A program made the position numbers and the translations under genes. The notes under the pieces were generated by a model. That model did no database searches. It was not told where the DNA came from and worked only from the letters and a program-made list of their open reading frames with translations. A stretch of 64,000 nucleotides of DNA from Bacteroidaceae bacterium (GTDB taxonomy: Bacteria > Bacteroidota > Bacteroidia > Bacteroidales > Bacteroidaceae), in assembly GCA_017416805.1 (NCBI GenBank), contig JAFQBB010000030.1, positions 16,341 through 80,340 on the forward strand. The letters are read 5' to 3'. Shown piece by piece: positions 41,146 through 49,157 of this stretch. How positions within the stretch are numbered: position 1 is the stretch's first letter; every line of letters begins with the position of its first letter.

Positions 41146-41369
41146 TATATTATAATTGATACGGCAAACTTCTTTCGCTGTTTTTTTAGTAAAAGAGGCA
41201 ACCTTTGGGACTATTTGCATCATATTGGATAAAGTTTTCTTCTATTTTCTTTGCTTTTTGAGAAAAAATGAGCAATTTTGGCACCGATTTGAAAGTTAAG
41301 TGGGTTAATATCCCTATTGTTGTTGATAATTTATGGGTATGTTTATGCCTGATTAAAGAAAAGTGTAGT

Positions 41370-41744
41370 ATGGAAAATTTCAAAAAAAGGAACTTGCAAG
41401 CCGAGGATGGAGATAAGGATATCGTCTTCTCAAAGTCCATTAAGGCAGGAAAGCGCATCTATTATTTGGATGTAAAGAAGAATCGTAAGGATGAAATGTA
41501 TCTGGCCATTACGGAAAGCAAAAAGATTGTTTCAGGCGAGGGTGAGAATGTACAGGTAAATTTCGAGAAACATAAAATCTTTCTCTATCAAGAAGATTTC
41601 AGCAAATTTATAACCGGTTTGGACGAAGTTGTCCGTTTTATCGTGAACGAACAAGGGCCTTGTCCTTCTCGCGAAGAAGAGGGAAAAGTGGAGGCAAAAG
41701 ATACAGAAGGAGAGACTCCGATCAATATTGATATTGAATTTTAG
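41370..41744 (+). CDS. PUR-alpha-like nucleic-acid-binding protein (DUF3276 family)
   Basis: KAGKRIYYLDVKKNRKDEMYLAITESKK repeat and a second VNFEKHKIFLYQEDF repeat. Start taken at MENFKK. Confidence 0.7.
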   Translation: MENFKKRNLQAEDGDKDIVFSKSIKAGKRIYYLDVKKNRKDEMYLAITESKKIVSGEGENVQVNFEKHKIFLYQEDFSKFITGLDEVVRFIVNEQGPCPSREEEGKVEAKDTEGETPINIDIEF

Positions 41745-41777
41745 CCTGACAAGTTTGGTCAAGTGGAAAAATAGTGC

Positions 41778-41785
41778 TACCTTTG
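41778..41785 (+). promoter_or_regulatory. Candidate -7 box TACCTTTG upstream of rplY
   Basis: Matches TAnnTTTG, 104 nt upstream of the ATG at 41889, leaving a roughly 95 nt leader. Confidence 0.45.
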
Positions 41786-41888
41786 CGCCCGCTTTTGAAG
41801 CATCGTAGGGTGGTAGCACCCCCGTGTGATGGTGAATTAAGCAAAAAGAAAACTTAATTTAGAGTAACACAATTAATTTAAAAAAACA

Positions 41889-42482
41889 ATGAGAACTATT
41901 GAAGTTAAAGGTACTGCGAGACCTGTAGTTGGCAAGAAGTCAACTCGCGAAATCCGCAAGGCTGACAGCATCCCCGCTGTATTGTATGGTGTTGAACGTG
42001 GCGAAAACAATCTCCCCGTAGCTACTCACTTCACCGTGACTAACGATGAAGTTCGCAACCTCATCTATTCTCCCCACATCTATTCTGTTGACCTCGTTAT
42101 CGATGGCAAGGCTTGCAAGGCTGTATTGAAGGACATCCAGTTCCATCCTGTTACAGACCGTATCCTCCACATCGATTTCTATCAGATTACTGATGAGAAG
42201 CCCATCGTTATGGAGGTACCCGTTGCCCTCGAAGGTTTGGCAGAAGGTGTACGTGCCGGTGGTAAGCTCCAGCTCCAGATGCGCAAGCTGAAAGTTCGTG
42301 CTACATACGACAAGATTCCTGAGAAGCTGGTAGTTGACGTAACTCCCCTTGGTCTTGGCAAGACTATCAAGGTTGGTGAGTTGAACTTCGAAGGCCTTGA
42401 GCTGGTTAACGCTAAGGAGGTTGTGGTTTGCGCCGTTCAGTTGACTCGTGCTGCTCGTGGTGCAAGAGCTCAGCAGGGATAA
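41889..42482 (+). CDS. rplY: 50S ribosomal protein L25/general stress protein Ctc
   Basis: 197 aa with IPAVLYG and the bL25 Ctc-form two-domain length. Followed by pth, as in many bacteria. Confidence 0.9.
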   Translation: MRTIEVKGTARPVVGKKSTREIRKADSIPAVLYGVERGENNLPVATHFTVTNDEVRNLIYSPHIYSVDLVIDGKACKAVLKDIQFHPVTDRILHIDFYQITDEKPIVMEVPVALEGLAEGVRAGGKLQLQMRKLKVRATYDKIPEKLVVDVTPLGLGKTIKVGELNFEGLELVNAKEVVVCAVQLTRAARGARAQQG

Positions 42483-42515
42483 GACTTTCTCTCTTTGAGA
42501 AATTAATAATTAATT

Positions 42516-42569
42516 GAAGAATGAAGGAATGAAAGTTGCTTTTGGCACTTCATTCTTTCATTCTTTTTT
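42516..42569 (+). terminator. Hairpin plus T-run between rplY and pth (terminator/attenuator)
   Basis: GAAGAATGAAGGAATGAAAGT - 10 nt loop - ACTTCATTCTTTCATTCTT, followed by TTTTTC. The track's N-terminal extension of pth is just this hairpin translated. Confidence 0.6.
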
Positions 42570-42604
42570 CATTTTTTCATCCTTATAATTCTTTCATTGA
42601 AACA

Positions 42605-43168
42605 GTGAAGTACTTGATAGTCGGACTGGGTAACATTGGCGATGAATACCGCGATACCCGCCATAACATAGGATTCAACGTTGTGGATGCCTTGGCCAAA
42701 GATGCCGGGGTCTCGTTTGCCGACCGCCGTTACGGCTTTGTGGCCAACATGTCCATCAAAGGCCGCCAACTGGTGCTGCTCAAACCCTCCACCTATATGA
42801 ACCTCAGCGGTAATGCCGTGCGCTATTGGATGCAGCAGGAGAAGATTCCTTTGGAGAATGTGCTGATTGTAGTGGATGACTTGGCCCTTCCATTCGGTGC
42901 TTTGCGCTTGAAACCGAAAGGAAGCGATGCCGGACACAATGGATTGAAGCATATAGCCGCCACATTGGGTACTCAGGATTATGCCCGCCTTCGTTTCGGT
43001 ATAGGCAATGACTTCCCACGCGGGCATCAGATAGACTTTGTCCTTGGTCACTTCACGGATGAAGACATGAAAACGATGTCCGAACGTGTGGCCGTAGCTG
43101 TGGATATTATCAAGAGTTTCTGTCTGGCAGGTATGGCCATCACAATGAATCAGTTTAATAAAAAATAA
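42605..43168 (+). CDS. pth: Peptidyl-tRNA hydrolase
   Basis: [22 protein letters not shown] and GHNGLK motifs. GTG start at 42605 inferred from the family N-terminus. Confidence 0.9.
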   Translation: MKYLIVGLGNIGDEYRDTRHNIGFNVVDALAKDAGVSFADRRYGFVANMSIKGRQLVLLKPSTYMNLSGNAVRYWMQQEKIPLENVLIVVDDLALPFGALRLKPKGSDAGHNGLKHIAATLGTQDYARLRFGIGNDFPRGHQIDFVLGHFTDEDMKTMSERVAVAVDIIKSFCLAGMAITMNQFNKK

Positions 43169-43170
43169 AT

Positions 43171-43334
43171 TCATTTACAATGTACAATTTACAAAGTACA
43201 ATTTGTAAGTTGCAATCTACATTCATCATATAGTTCGGAATGTGCCGTATAAGGCTATAATTGGTAAATTGCACATTGTAAATGGTAAATGAAATTGAAA
43301 TAAATTGTACATTGTACATTGTAATTTGTAATTG
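43171..43334. repeat. TACAATTT-word hairpin element filling the pth-hslR gap
   Basis: Left CATTTACAATGTACAATTTACAAAGTACAATTTGTAAG. Right AAATTGTACATTGTACATTGTAATTTGTAATTG. Confidence 0.85.
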
Positions 43335-43339
43335 AAACT

Positions 43340-43771
43340 GTGTCCAAGATAGAAGCCCGAATTGATAAATGGCTATGGGCCGTGCGTGTTTTTAAGACGC
43401 GTACCATAGCTGCCGATGCCTGCAAGAAAGGCCGTGTAATGATGGGTGGTGTTCAGGTCAAACCCTCTCGCGTGGTTCGTCCAGGCGACGTAGTGGAAGT
43501 GCGCAAGCCCCCAATTACCTATTCCTTCAAGGTTTTGCAAGCCATAGAGAACCGTGTCGGTGCCAAACTTGTGCCCGAAGTGATGGAGAATGTCACTCCA
43601 GCCTCCCAGTATGAATTGTTGGAGATGAGCCGCATCAGTGGCTTTGTTGACCGTGCCCGTGGCACCGGTCGTCCCACCAAGAAGGACCGTCGGGCCATGG
43701 ATGAGTTCGTAGCCCCATCCTTTGATGCCGACTTCGATTCCGCTTGGGACGAGGAGTACGAGGAGGATTAG
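43340..43771 (+). CDS. S4-domain RNA-binding protein, Hsp15 (HslR)-like
   Basis: RIDKWLWAVRVFKTRTIAADACKKGRV S4 motif. GTG start. Acidic C-terminal tail. Confidence 0.75.
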   Translation: MSKIEARIDKWLWAVRVFKTRTIAADACKKGRVMMGGVQVKPSRVVRPGDVVEVRKPPITYSFKVLQAIENRVGAKLVPEVMENVTPASQYELLEMSRISGFVDRARGTGRPTKKDRRAMDEFVAPSFDADFDSAWDEEYEED

Positions 43772-44095
43772 ATTGCGAAACATTATTTCTCTTCCCATTA
43801 ATGGAGGCATAACTCTTTTTATAAAACATATCACTCCTTTTTTAGGGTAAAAACACTTCATTTCTTTTGTCAGGATTCTCCATAAAGGCGATAAAACCGG
43901 TGTAGCGAATAAGCGTAAGCCCCTTGTAATTTGTAAATGAATTTATGGGTCTCCTCCAAACTGCTATATATAATAACTAAGGTACGCGCGTACCTTATTA
44001 CATATAAGGGAGAAATTCTTTTAGTAAGACCTGCCAGCCTCCTTTTTATGGACTTTCGGAGAGGCTTTCGGGCGGGATGCGGATGAACCGGTTTG

Positions 44096-44270
44096 CGGCT
44101 TGTCGGGTGGATTGCTTACGACTTGTCGGGTGAACTGTTTACGGCTTGTCAAGTGAATAACTTACGGCTTACCCAAGTGAATAACTTACGGCTACCCCAA
44201 GTGAACAGTTAACGGCTTGGGAAGTGAACTATAAGCGGCTCGACAAGTGAATAACAGTTCACTTGAGAAG
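44096..44270. repeat. Tandem array of 7 units of 23-24 bp (CGGCTTGnnnAGTGAAYnnnTTA)
   Basis: The CGGCT/CGACT unit starts are at 44096, 44119, 44142, 44165, 44189, 44213 and 44236. The last unit ends in the inverted repeat AAGTGAA..TTCACTT. Confidence 0.9.
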
Positions 44271-44547
44271 CCCCCAAAAACTCATTTGAAAAGGCTCTTA
44301 CACTCCAAATTTTCTGCCAATTATTGGCTATGAATTATGCTACTAAACAACTGGACAAAGATAGATAATACCGGCTACTTGGCCAGACAGTCTCTTGCAT
44401 TATTCCCTTTTTTTAGAGAAATAGAATATTATTGTTTGTATCCTTGTTTTTGAAGTATATGAAAGGAATAGGCCAATAAACCTGTGTGGTGATACGGATG
44501 TGAAACGATATGAAACAACCTTTAAAACTCATTTGTTCCCATTCTTA

Positions 44548-44555
44548 TAATTTTG
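44548..44555 (+). promoter_or_regulatory. Candidate -7 box TAATTTTG upstream of the T9SS cargo gene
   Basis: Matches TAnnTTTG, 47 nt upstream of the ATG at 44602. Confidence 0.45.
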
Positions 44556-44601
44556 CATATCAATTTAAACTATTTAGCTTAACACATAAATTAAAAAAGA
44601 G

Positions 44602-46287
44602 ATGAGAACAATAAGTAGAAAAATCTCCCTATGCATGACATTGCTCATGCTGGTAATGGGGAGTGCGGATGCTGCAACAGAGAAGGTGTATGCGAAACTT
44701 GATGGTGCTGTTCCGCGTGGTTCCAGTGCGAGCACTTGGAATGTGGAAACTAATGTTTTTGAATGGCAGGAAAGATCCAATAATGCCATCACGAATCTAA
44801 GTTTGCCAACGGGAGACATTACGGGATACGAGAAGTTGGTTATTGATTGCGAATTCTTGACAGGTGATAATTCCCAGTTTCGCATCCTTTTCTATAAGGA
44901 AGGTGATACTAATAACTCAAAAATTCTTACGGTTGATAGCGAGGGAGAAACTACGTTCGTTCTTAGCGAACTTTCTGATGATTGGAAAGAATATTTGGAG
45001 AATTCTTCAGAGATATGCCTTTCAGGTTCAGGTTGGGGGGGAGGTAAAGCTCCGGATAGTGTGAAAGTGAACTACTTGTATTTGGAAGGACCTGACCGCG
45101 GATTTGCCTATTCGTTGGATTATTCAAGTACGAGTGAAGGACAATTTCCTGCAGGTTGGAGAACTGTTGATGGGACGACAATACAGCAATACCCTGATAC
45201 GAAATACAGTGGCCCTCGTACATTTGTAGGCTTTACGGGCTATCAAGGAAAAGGACTCTATTGGCGTGGAAGTAGTGGAACAGAAATTGGATGGGCAGTT
45301 TATGGTATGCAGGATGATTATCCTCTCACACTTGAAAAGGGGAAATACTGCTTGCGTTATGCTATAGCTGCTTGGAAAAATAGTCCTGCATTCAAGGTCG
45401 CTATAGCAAAAAAGAATGGAGAAGAGATAGGAGACATTATAGTTGAGTCAGAGGTGCATACGGCACAACCTGCTGCTGGTGGTAGTAAAACTGCAGACTT
45501 ATCTACGACTCAATTGCGCCAGTTGGAATTTGAGATTCCCGAAGAGGGCGATTATGTTATTCATTTTAAAAAAAATGGGAAAGACGGTTATGATGAATAT
45601 TTGCTTCTTGCTTGTGACATCCTTGACGGAAAATTGGCAGTAACGGATGGTGAGGATTTAAATACTCAATTCGAAGCTTATGCTTGCGCCACCTATATTC
45701 CTTCTATCACAGCAAACAAATACGGCACAATCTGTCTTCCCTTCGCACCTGATGCCGCGGCCTATAATTTCTATGAACTCACAGCTTCTAACATTGAAGG
45801 AATCGAGGGTAGCGTAACCTTCACCAAGGTGGATGTCCCCAAGGCTAACAAACCGTACATCTATCGTCTGGCTGATGGAGCAGAAGAAGGAACACCAATC
45901 ACCTGCGGAGCTACCGAGGTTTCTGTAACTCCTGAAACAACAATCATCAGCGGTTGGCAGATGGTAGGTTCGTTCACTAACCAAACCGTAGATTGCACGA
46001 ACAAGGCCATCTATGCTCTCAACAGTACAGGTCAGAATTTGATGAAGGTGACAAAGACACTTACCGTACCTCCTTATCGTGCCTACATCGAGGGAACAAG
46101 CAGTCAGCTTGACCTCCAGATGCTTACCGTACGCATCAGTGGTCCTACAGGCATCGAGCAGATTTCTGCCGCTGATGTAGAGGGACTTCTTCCTGCCACC
46201 TCCATCTACGACCTGATGGGCCGTCCCGTGCAGAATCCGCAGAAGGGACACCTCTACATCCAAGGGGGAAAGAAGGTGGTATATTAA
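44602..46287 (+). CDS. Secreted T9SS-sorted protein of unknown function with beta-sandwich (CBM-like) modules
   Basis: Signal peptide (LMLVMGSADA). C-terminal IYDLMGRPVQNPQKGHLYIQGGKKVVY is typical of type-A T9SS sorting domains. I recognise no catalytic motif. Confidence 0.7.
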   Translation: MRTISRKISLCMTLLMLVMGSADAATEKVYAKLDGAVPRGSSASTWNVETNVFEWQERSNNAITNLSLPTGDITGYEKLVIDCEFLTGDNSQFRILFYKEGDTNNSKILTVDSEGETTFVLSELSDDWKEYLENSSEICLSGSGWGGGKAPDSVKVNYLYLEGPDRGFAYSLDYSSTSEGQFPAGWRTVDGTTIQQYPDTKYSGPRTFVGFTGYQGKGLYWRGSSGTEIGWAVYGMQDDYPLTLEKGKYCLRYAIAAWKNSPAFKVAIAKKNGEEIGDIIVESEVHTAQPAAGGSKTADLSTTQLRQLEFEIPEEGDYVIHFKKNGKDGYDEYLLLACDILDGKLAVTDGEDLNTQFEAYACATYIPSITANKYGTICLPFAPDAAAYNFYELTASNIEGIEGSVTFTKVDVPKANKPYIYRLADGAEEGTPITCGATEVSVTPETTIISGWQMVGSFTNQTVDCTNKAIYALNSTGQNLMKVTKTLTVPPYRAYIEGTSSQLDLQMLTVRISGPTGIEQISAADVEGLLPATSIYDLMGRPVQNPQKGHLYIQGGKKVVY

Positions 46288-46293
46288 AAAAAA

Positions 46294-46380
46294 GACCCTC
46301 CCCCTGTCCCTCCCAGAGGAGGGGAGTAAATGCTTTACAGAACTATCTCCTCCTTCCTCTTGGGGAAGGTGAGGGATGGG
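46294..46380. repeat. GC-rich mini-hairpin pair (same family as 13734) between the T9SS gene and the small ORF
   Basis: GACCCTCCCCCTGTCCCTCCCAGAGGAGGGGAGT closely matches GACCCTCCCCCTTGCCCCTCCACAAGGGAGGGGAGT at 13734. The second stem is CCTTCC..GGAAGG. Confidence 0.85.
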
Positions 46381-46417
46381 ACTCGAAACAAAAAAACAAA
46401 TTAAAAACTTAACTGAT

Positions 46418-46579
46418 ATGGAAAAAATGACTGAAAAATATGTAGCACCCGAGGTGCTGGTAGTAGAATGCCAAGTAGAAAAAGGATTTGCAACAACTGG
46501 TGACACTTTCTCACTCGGTGTTCAGGAAGAGATAGAAACCGGTACTGCCAGCAGCCGCGGTTGGAGCCACGGATGGTAA
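46418..46579 (+). CDS. Small acidic peptide (53 aa), function unknown
   Basis: MEKMTEKYVAPEVLVVECQVEKGFATTGDTF...SSRGWSHGW. No signal peptide. Same strand as the T9SS gene and 131 nt after it, and followed by a strong terminator. Coding status is not proven. Confidence 0.4.
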   Translation: MEKMTEKYVAPEVLVVECQVEKGFATTGDTFSLGVQEEIETGTASSRGWSHGW

Positions 46580-46612
46580 TAGGGACAATCCTATTTGCGC
46601 GGCCAATAAAAA

Positions 46613-46652
46613 ATAAGAGAACTGTATCAGTACAGTCCTCTTATTTTTTTTG
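46613..46652. terminator. Bidirectional rho-independent terminator
   Basis: ATAAGAGAACTGTA-TCAG-TACAGTCCTCTTAT, flanked by an A-run upstream and a T-run downstream. It sits between convergent transcription units. Confidence 0.75.
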
Positions 46653-46697
46653 TAATATAATGGCATTGCAATTCAGTTGAAATCAGGGATAAATAGG

Positions 46698-46776
46698 GAA
46701 CATAAGTTCAAAGGTTCATGAACATATGTTCATCGCCACTTGAACATATGTTCATTGCCACTTGAACATATGTTCA
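46698..46776. repeat. Three perfect 14 bp palindromes TGAACATATGTTCA at 22 bp spacing, plus one degenerate copy
   Basis: Palindromes at 46719-46732, 46741-46754 and 46763-46776. Degenerate GAACATAAGTTC at 46698-46709. Confidence 0.95.
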
Positions 46777-46858
46777 TTTTTTAGTTCTTTCTACCATCAC
46801 AAAGAATGTGACGAAAATATTTTCAACCGAATTAAAAATGCATTACAATATGGTTTGC

Positions 46859-48565
46859 TCACTTACGATAGTTTGCCAACTTCTTGGTGTTGAACTTGCG
46901 TATGAAGTTGAAGTGTTTCTCCACTTCGCTTTCAGCATAGTTGACATACACCTCCAATGACTTGCCGAACATGTCGGGGGCCTTGGTGGCATCTTGCAAG
47001 AGCAGGTGACACATCACGTTCACTGCTGCCATTTCGTAGAGACGACGGGCAAGGAAGTCGAGTGTCTCCTGGTCGTTCATCTCCTTCACGGCGTTGGTGC
47101 AGGCGGCAAACTTGTTGGTCATCTCCTTGATACGGTTCATGTAGCCATCGTACTCGGGCAGGGTGGGGAGGAGTTCATAGTCTCTCAGCGTTGCCAGGTA
47201 GCTTCCGTTGGTCACATAACGGATGGCGGCTACGGTCTGCAACTGGGTTGTACCCTCGTAGATGCTGGTAATGCGTGCGTCGCGATAGATGCGCTGGCAA
47301 GCATATTCAAGCATGAAACCTGAACCTCCGTGAATTTGGATACAGTCGTAGGCATTTTGGTTGCAATATTCTGAGTTCATACCTTTTGCCAATGGAGTGA
47401 AGGCATCGGCCAACTTGGCATACTTCTTCTGCTCCTGACGCTCCTCGGGAGTGAGCTTACGCTCGCGGGCAATGTCATCGAGTGCCTTGTAGATGTCCAC
47501 ATAGCGTGAAGTCTGATAAAGCAATGCACGTCCGGCATCGAGTTTGGCCTTCATGATAGCCAGCATGTCATATACAGCGGGGAATTCGATGATTGCCTTG
47601 CCGAACTGCTTACGATCCTTGGCATAAGCAAGACCTTCGTTGTAAGCGGCTTGTGAAAGACCAACAGATTGAGCGGCAATACCCAAACGGGCACCGTTCA
47701 TCAAAGCCATCACATACTTGATAAGACCCAACTTACGATCGCCACAAAGTTCGCACTTGGCATTCTTGTACACCAATTCACAGGTGGGGCTTCCGTGAAT
47801 ACCCAACTTGTTTTCAATGCGACGAACATCCACGCCACCATCGCGCTTGTCGTAGATGAACATGGAGAGGCCACGGCCATCCTTGGTTCCCTCTTCTGAA
47901 CGGGCAAGTACCAGATGGAGGTCTGCATCACCGTTAGTGATGAATCTCTTCACACCATTCAAGCGCCAGCAGTTGTTCTCCTCGTCGAAGGTAGCCTTCA
48001 ACATTACACTCTGCAGGTCAGAGCCTGCATCGGGCTCTGTCAAGTCCATAGACATGGTTTCACCAGCACAGATGCGGGGGATGAAACGGCTATGTTGGTC
48101 TTCGTTACCGAACTCATAGAGAGTCTCGATACAATCCTGAAGTGACCAGATGTTGCCAAATCCTGCATCAGCGGCAGCTACAACCTCGGCACACATGGTG
48201 TAGGGAGTGATGGGGAAGTTCAAGCCACCATAACGGCGGGGCATGGTCATACCGTTCAAGCCGGCCTTTACCATGGCATCGAGATTCTGACTTGTGCCAC
48301 TGGCATAGCGTACACGGCCATTCTCGCAATGAGGACCTTCTGCATCTACACCCTCAGCATTAGGTGCGATGATGTCGCCGGTAATTTCACCGGTAATCTC
48401 TAATACTTTGTCGTAAGAATCCATTGCGTCGGCATAGTCTTCGGGCGCATAGTCATACTTACCTTTATCTTCATATCCACGTTCCTTCAGTTCGCAGATG
48501 CGCTCCATCATGGGGTTGTTCAGATGGAACTTCAGTTCGGGAACTTCGCTATAATAATTTGCCAT
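46859..48565 (-). CDS. Acyl-CoA dehydrogenase (long, ~570 aa form)
   Basis: ACAD-fold blocks (LTEPDAGSD, QIHGGSGF). Downstream of etfB-etfA on the same strand. Confidence 0.85.
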   Translation of the reverse strand: MANYYSEVPELKFHLNNPMMERICELKERGYEDKGKYDYAPEDYADAMDSYDKVLEITGEITGDIIAPNAEGVDAEGPHCENGRVRYASGTSQNLDAMVKAGLNGMTMPRRYGGLNFPITPYTMCAEVVAAADAGFGNIWSLQDCIETLYEFGNEDQHSRFIPRICAGETMSMDLTEPDAGSDLQSVMLKATFDEENNCWRLNGVKRFITNGDADLHLVLARSEEGTKDGRGLSMFIYDKRDGGVDVRRIENKLGIHGSPTCELVYKNAKCELCGDRKLGLIKYVMALMNGARLGIAAQSVGLSQAAYNEGLAYAKDRKQFGKAIIEFPAVYDMLAIMKAKLDAGRALLYQTSRYVDIYKALDDIARERKLTPEERQEQKKYAKLADAFTPLAKGMNSEYCNQNAYDCIQIHGGSGFMLEYACQRIYRDARITSIYEGTTQLQTVAAIRYVTNGSYLATLRDYELLPTLPEYDGYMNRIKEMTNKFAACTNAVKEMNDQETLDFLARRLYEMAAVNVMCHLLLQDATKAPDMFGKSLEVYVNYAESEVEKHFNFIRKFNTKKLANYRK

Positions 48566-48578
48566 AAGTCTTTTTTTT

Positions 48579-48645
48579 AGGAGTTAGAGGAGTTAAAGGA
48601 GTTATCACTCACTTTGTTCGTTAGGAGTTAAAGCTAATAGTCTTG
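48579..48645. repeat. GGAGTTAAAGGAGTTATC-family arm flanking the four-helix-bundle gene (3' side of the gene)
   Basis: AGGAGTTAGAGGAGTTAAAGGAGTTATCACTCACTTTGTTCGTTAGGAGTTAAAGCTAATAGTCTTG. Confidence 0.9.
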
Positions 48646-49053
48646 TCAATCATCGAACCTGTTGGTCGTTATTCCCTTACTATAAGCATTCAACAAACGG
48701 CTAACATCCTCTATGCTCGTTGTTAATTCTTTATTATTGTCTTCACTGATGTAATTGAGATCCTTTGAGAGAAGAATATAATATCTGCACTCTTCTAATG
48801 AGCCTTGTGCAACATTCAAGAATCTAAGTTTGTCCGCTTTGCTTAATTTCCTGTATCCTTCTGCAATGTTTGCAGGGATGGAAACCGCTGCTCGTTGAAA
48901 CTGGGAGCAAAGTCCAAAACGTTCTTCTACAGGGAAAGTACGTGTAAACTTATAGACAAGTAGCACAAATTGGTGTGCTCTTTGCCAAGCTACAATATCT
49001 TTGAAACTCTGTGTCATACTGGTTAGAAGAACTTTTGGCTTATCTGGATTCAT
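48646..49053 (-). CDS. Four-helix-bundle protein (23S rRNA intervening-sequence protein / Avd-like family)
   Basis: IVAWQRAHQFVLLVYKFTRTFPVEERFGLCSQFQRAAVSIPANIAEGY ... LNVAQGSLEECRYYILLSKDL is the family pattern as I remember it. ATG at 49053; the track uses TTG at 49062, and another Met lies at 49017. Confidence 0.8.
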   Translation of the reverse strand: MNPDKPKVLLTSMTQSFKDIVAWQRAHQFVLLVYKFTRTFPVEERFGLCSQFQRAAVSIPANIAEGYRKLSKADKLRFLNVAQGSLEECRYYILLSKDLNYISEDNNKELTTSIEDVSRLLNAYSKGITTNRFDD

Positions 49054-49060
49054 CGTAGTC

Positions 49061-49151
49061 AAAGCTATTGGCTTTAACTCCTAGGCTCGAAGAGCCGATA
49101 ACTCCTTTAACTCCTTTAACTCCTGAAATTTCTATCTCCCTTTATCTCCTC
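49061..49151. repeat. Complementary arm flanking the four-helix-bundle gene (5' side), plus a CT-rich tail
   Basis: AAAGCTATTGGCTTTAACTCCTAGGCTCGAAGAGCCGATAACTCCTTTAACTCCTTTAACTCC, then TCTATCTCCCTTTATCTCCTC. Confidence 0.9.
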
Positions 49152-49157
49152 TAAATA

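Noticed and set aside
41745-41888. tRNA or other structured RNA gene between the PUR-like gene and rplY. I also scanned the other gaps by eye.
   Set aside because: I found no cloverleaf-compatible sequence and no GTTCGAATC-type T-loop. The GTGCTACC..GGTAGCAC stem overlaps the putative -7 box, so it would not be wholly transcribed. No rRNA or tRNA was recognised anywhere in the window.
46719-46776. LexA/SOS (Cheo-box-like) operator array.
   Set aside because: The core GAAC-N4-GTTC matches. However, the site lies between the 3' ends of convergent genes, no SOS-type gene is adjacent, and I do not know that this motif is used by Bacteroidetes SOS repressors. It is kept only as a similarity note in the findings.
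48646-49053. Diversity-generating retroelement, since the four-helix-bundle protein is Avd-like.
   Set aside because: There is no reverse transcriptase ORF. I could find no template/variable repeat pair with adenine-specific differences, and no target gene with a C-type-lectin fold nearby. The flanking repeats are inverted arms, not TR/VR.
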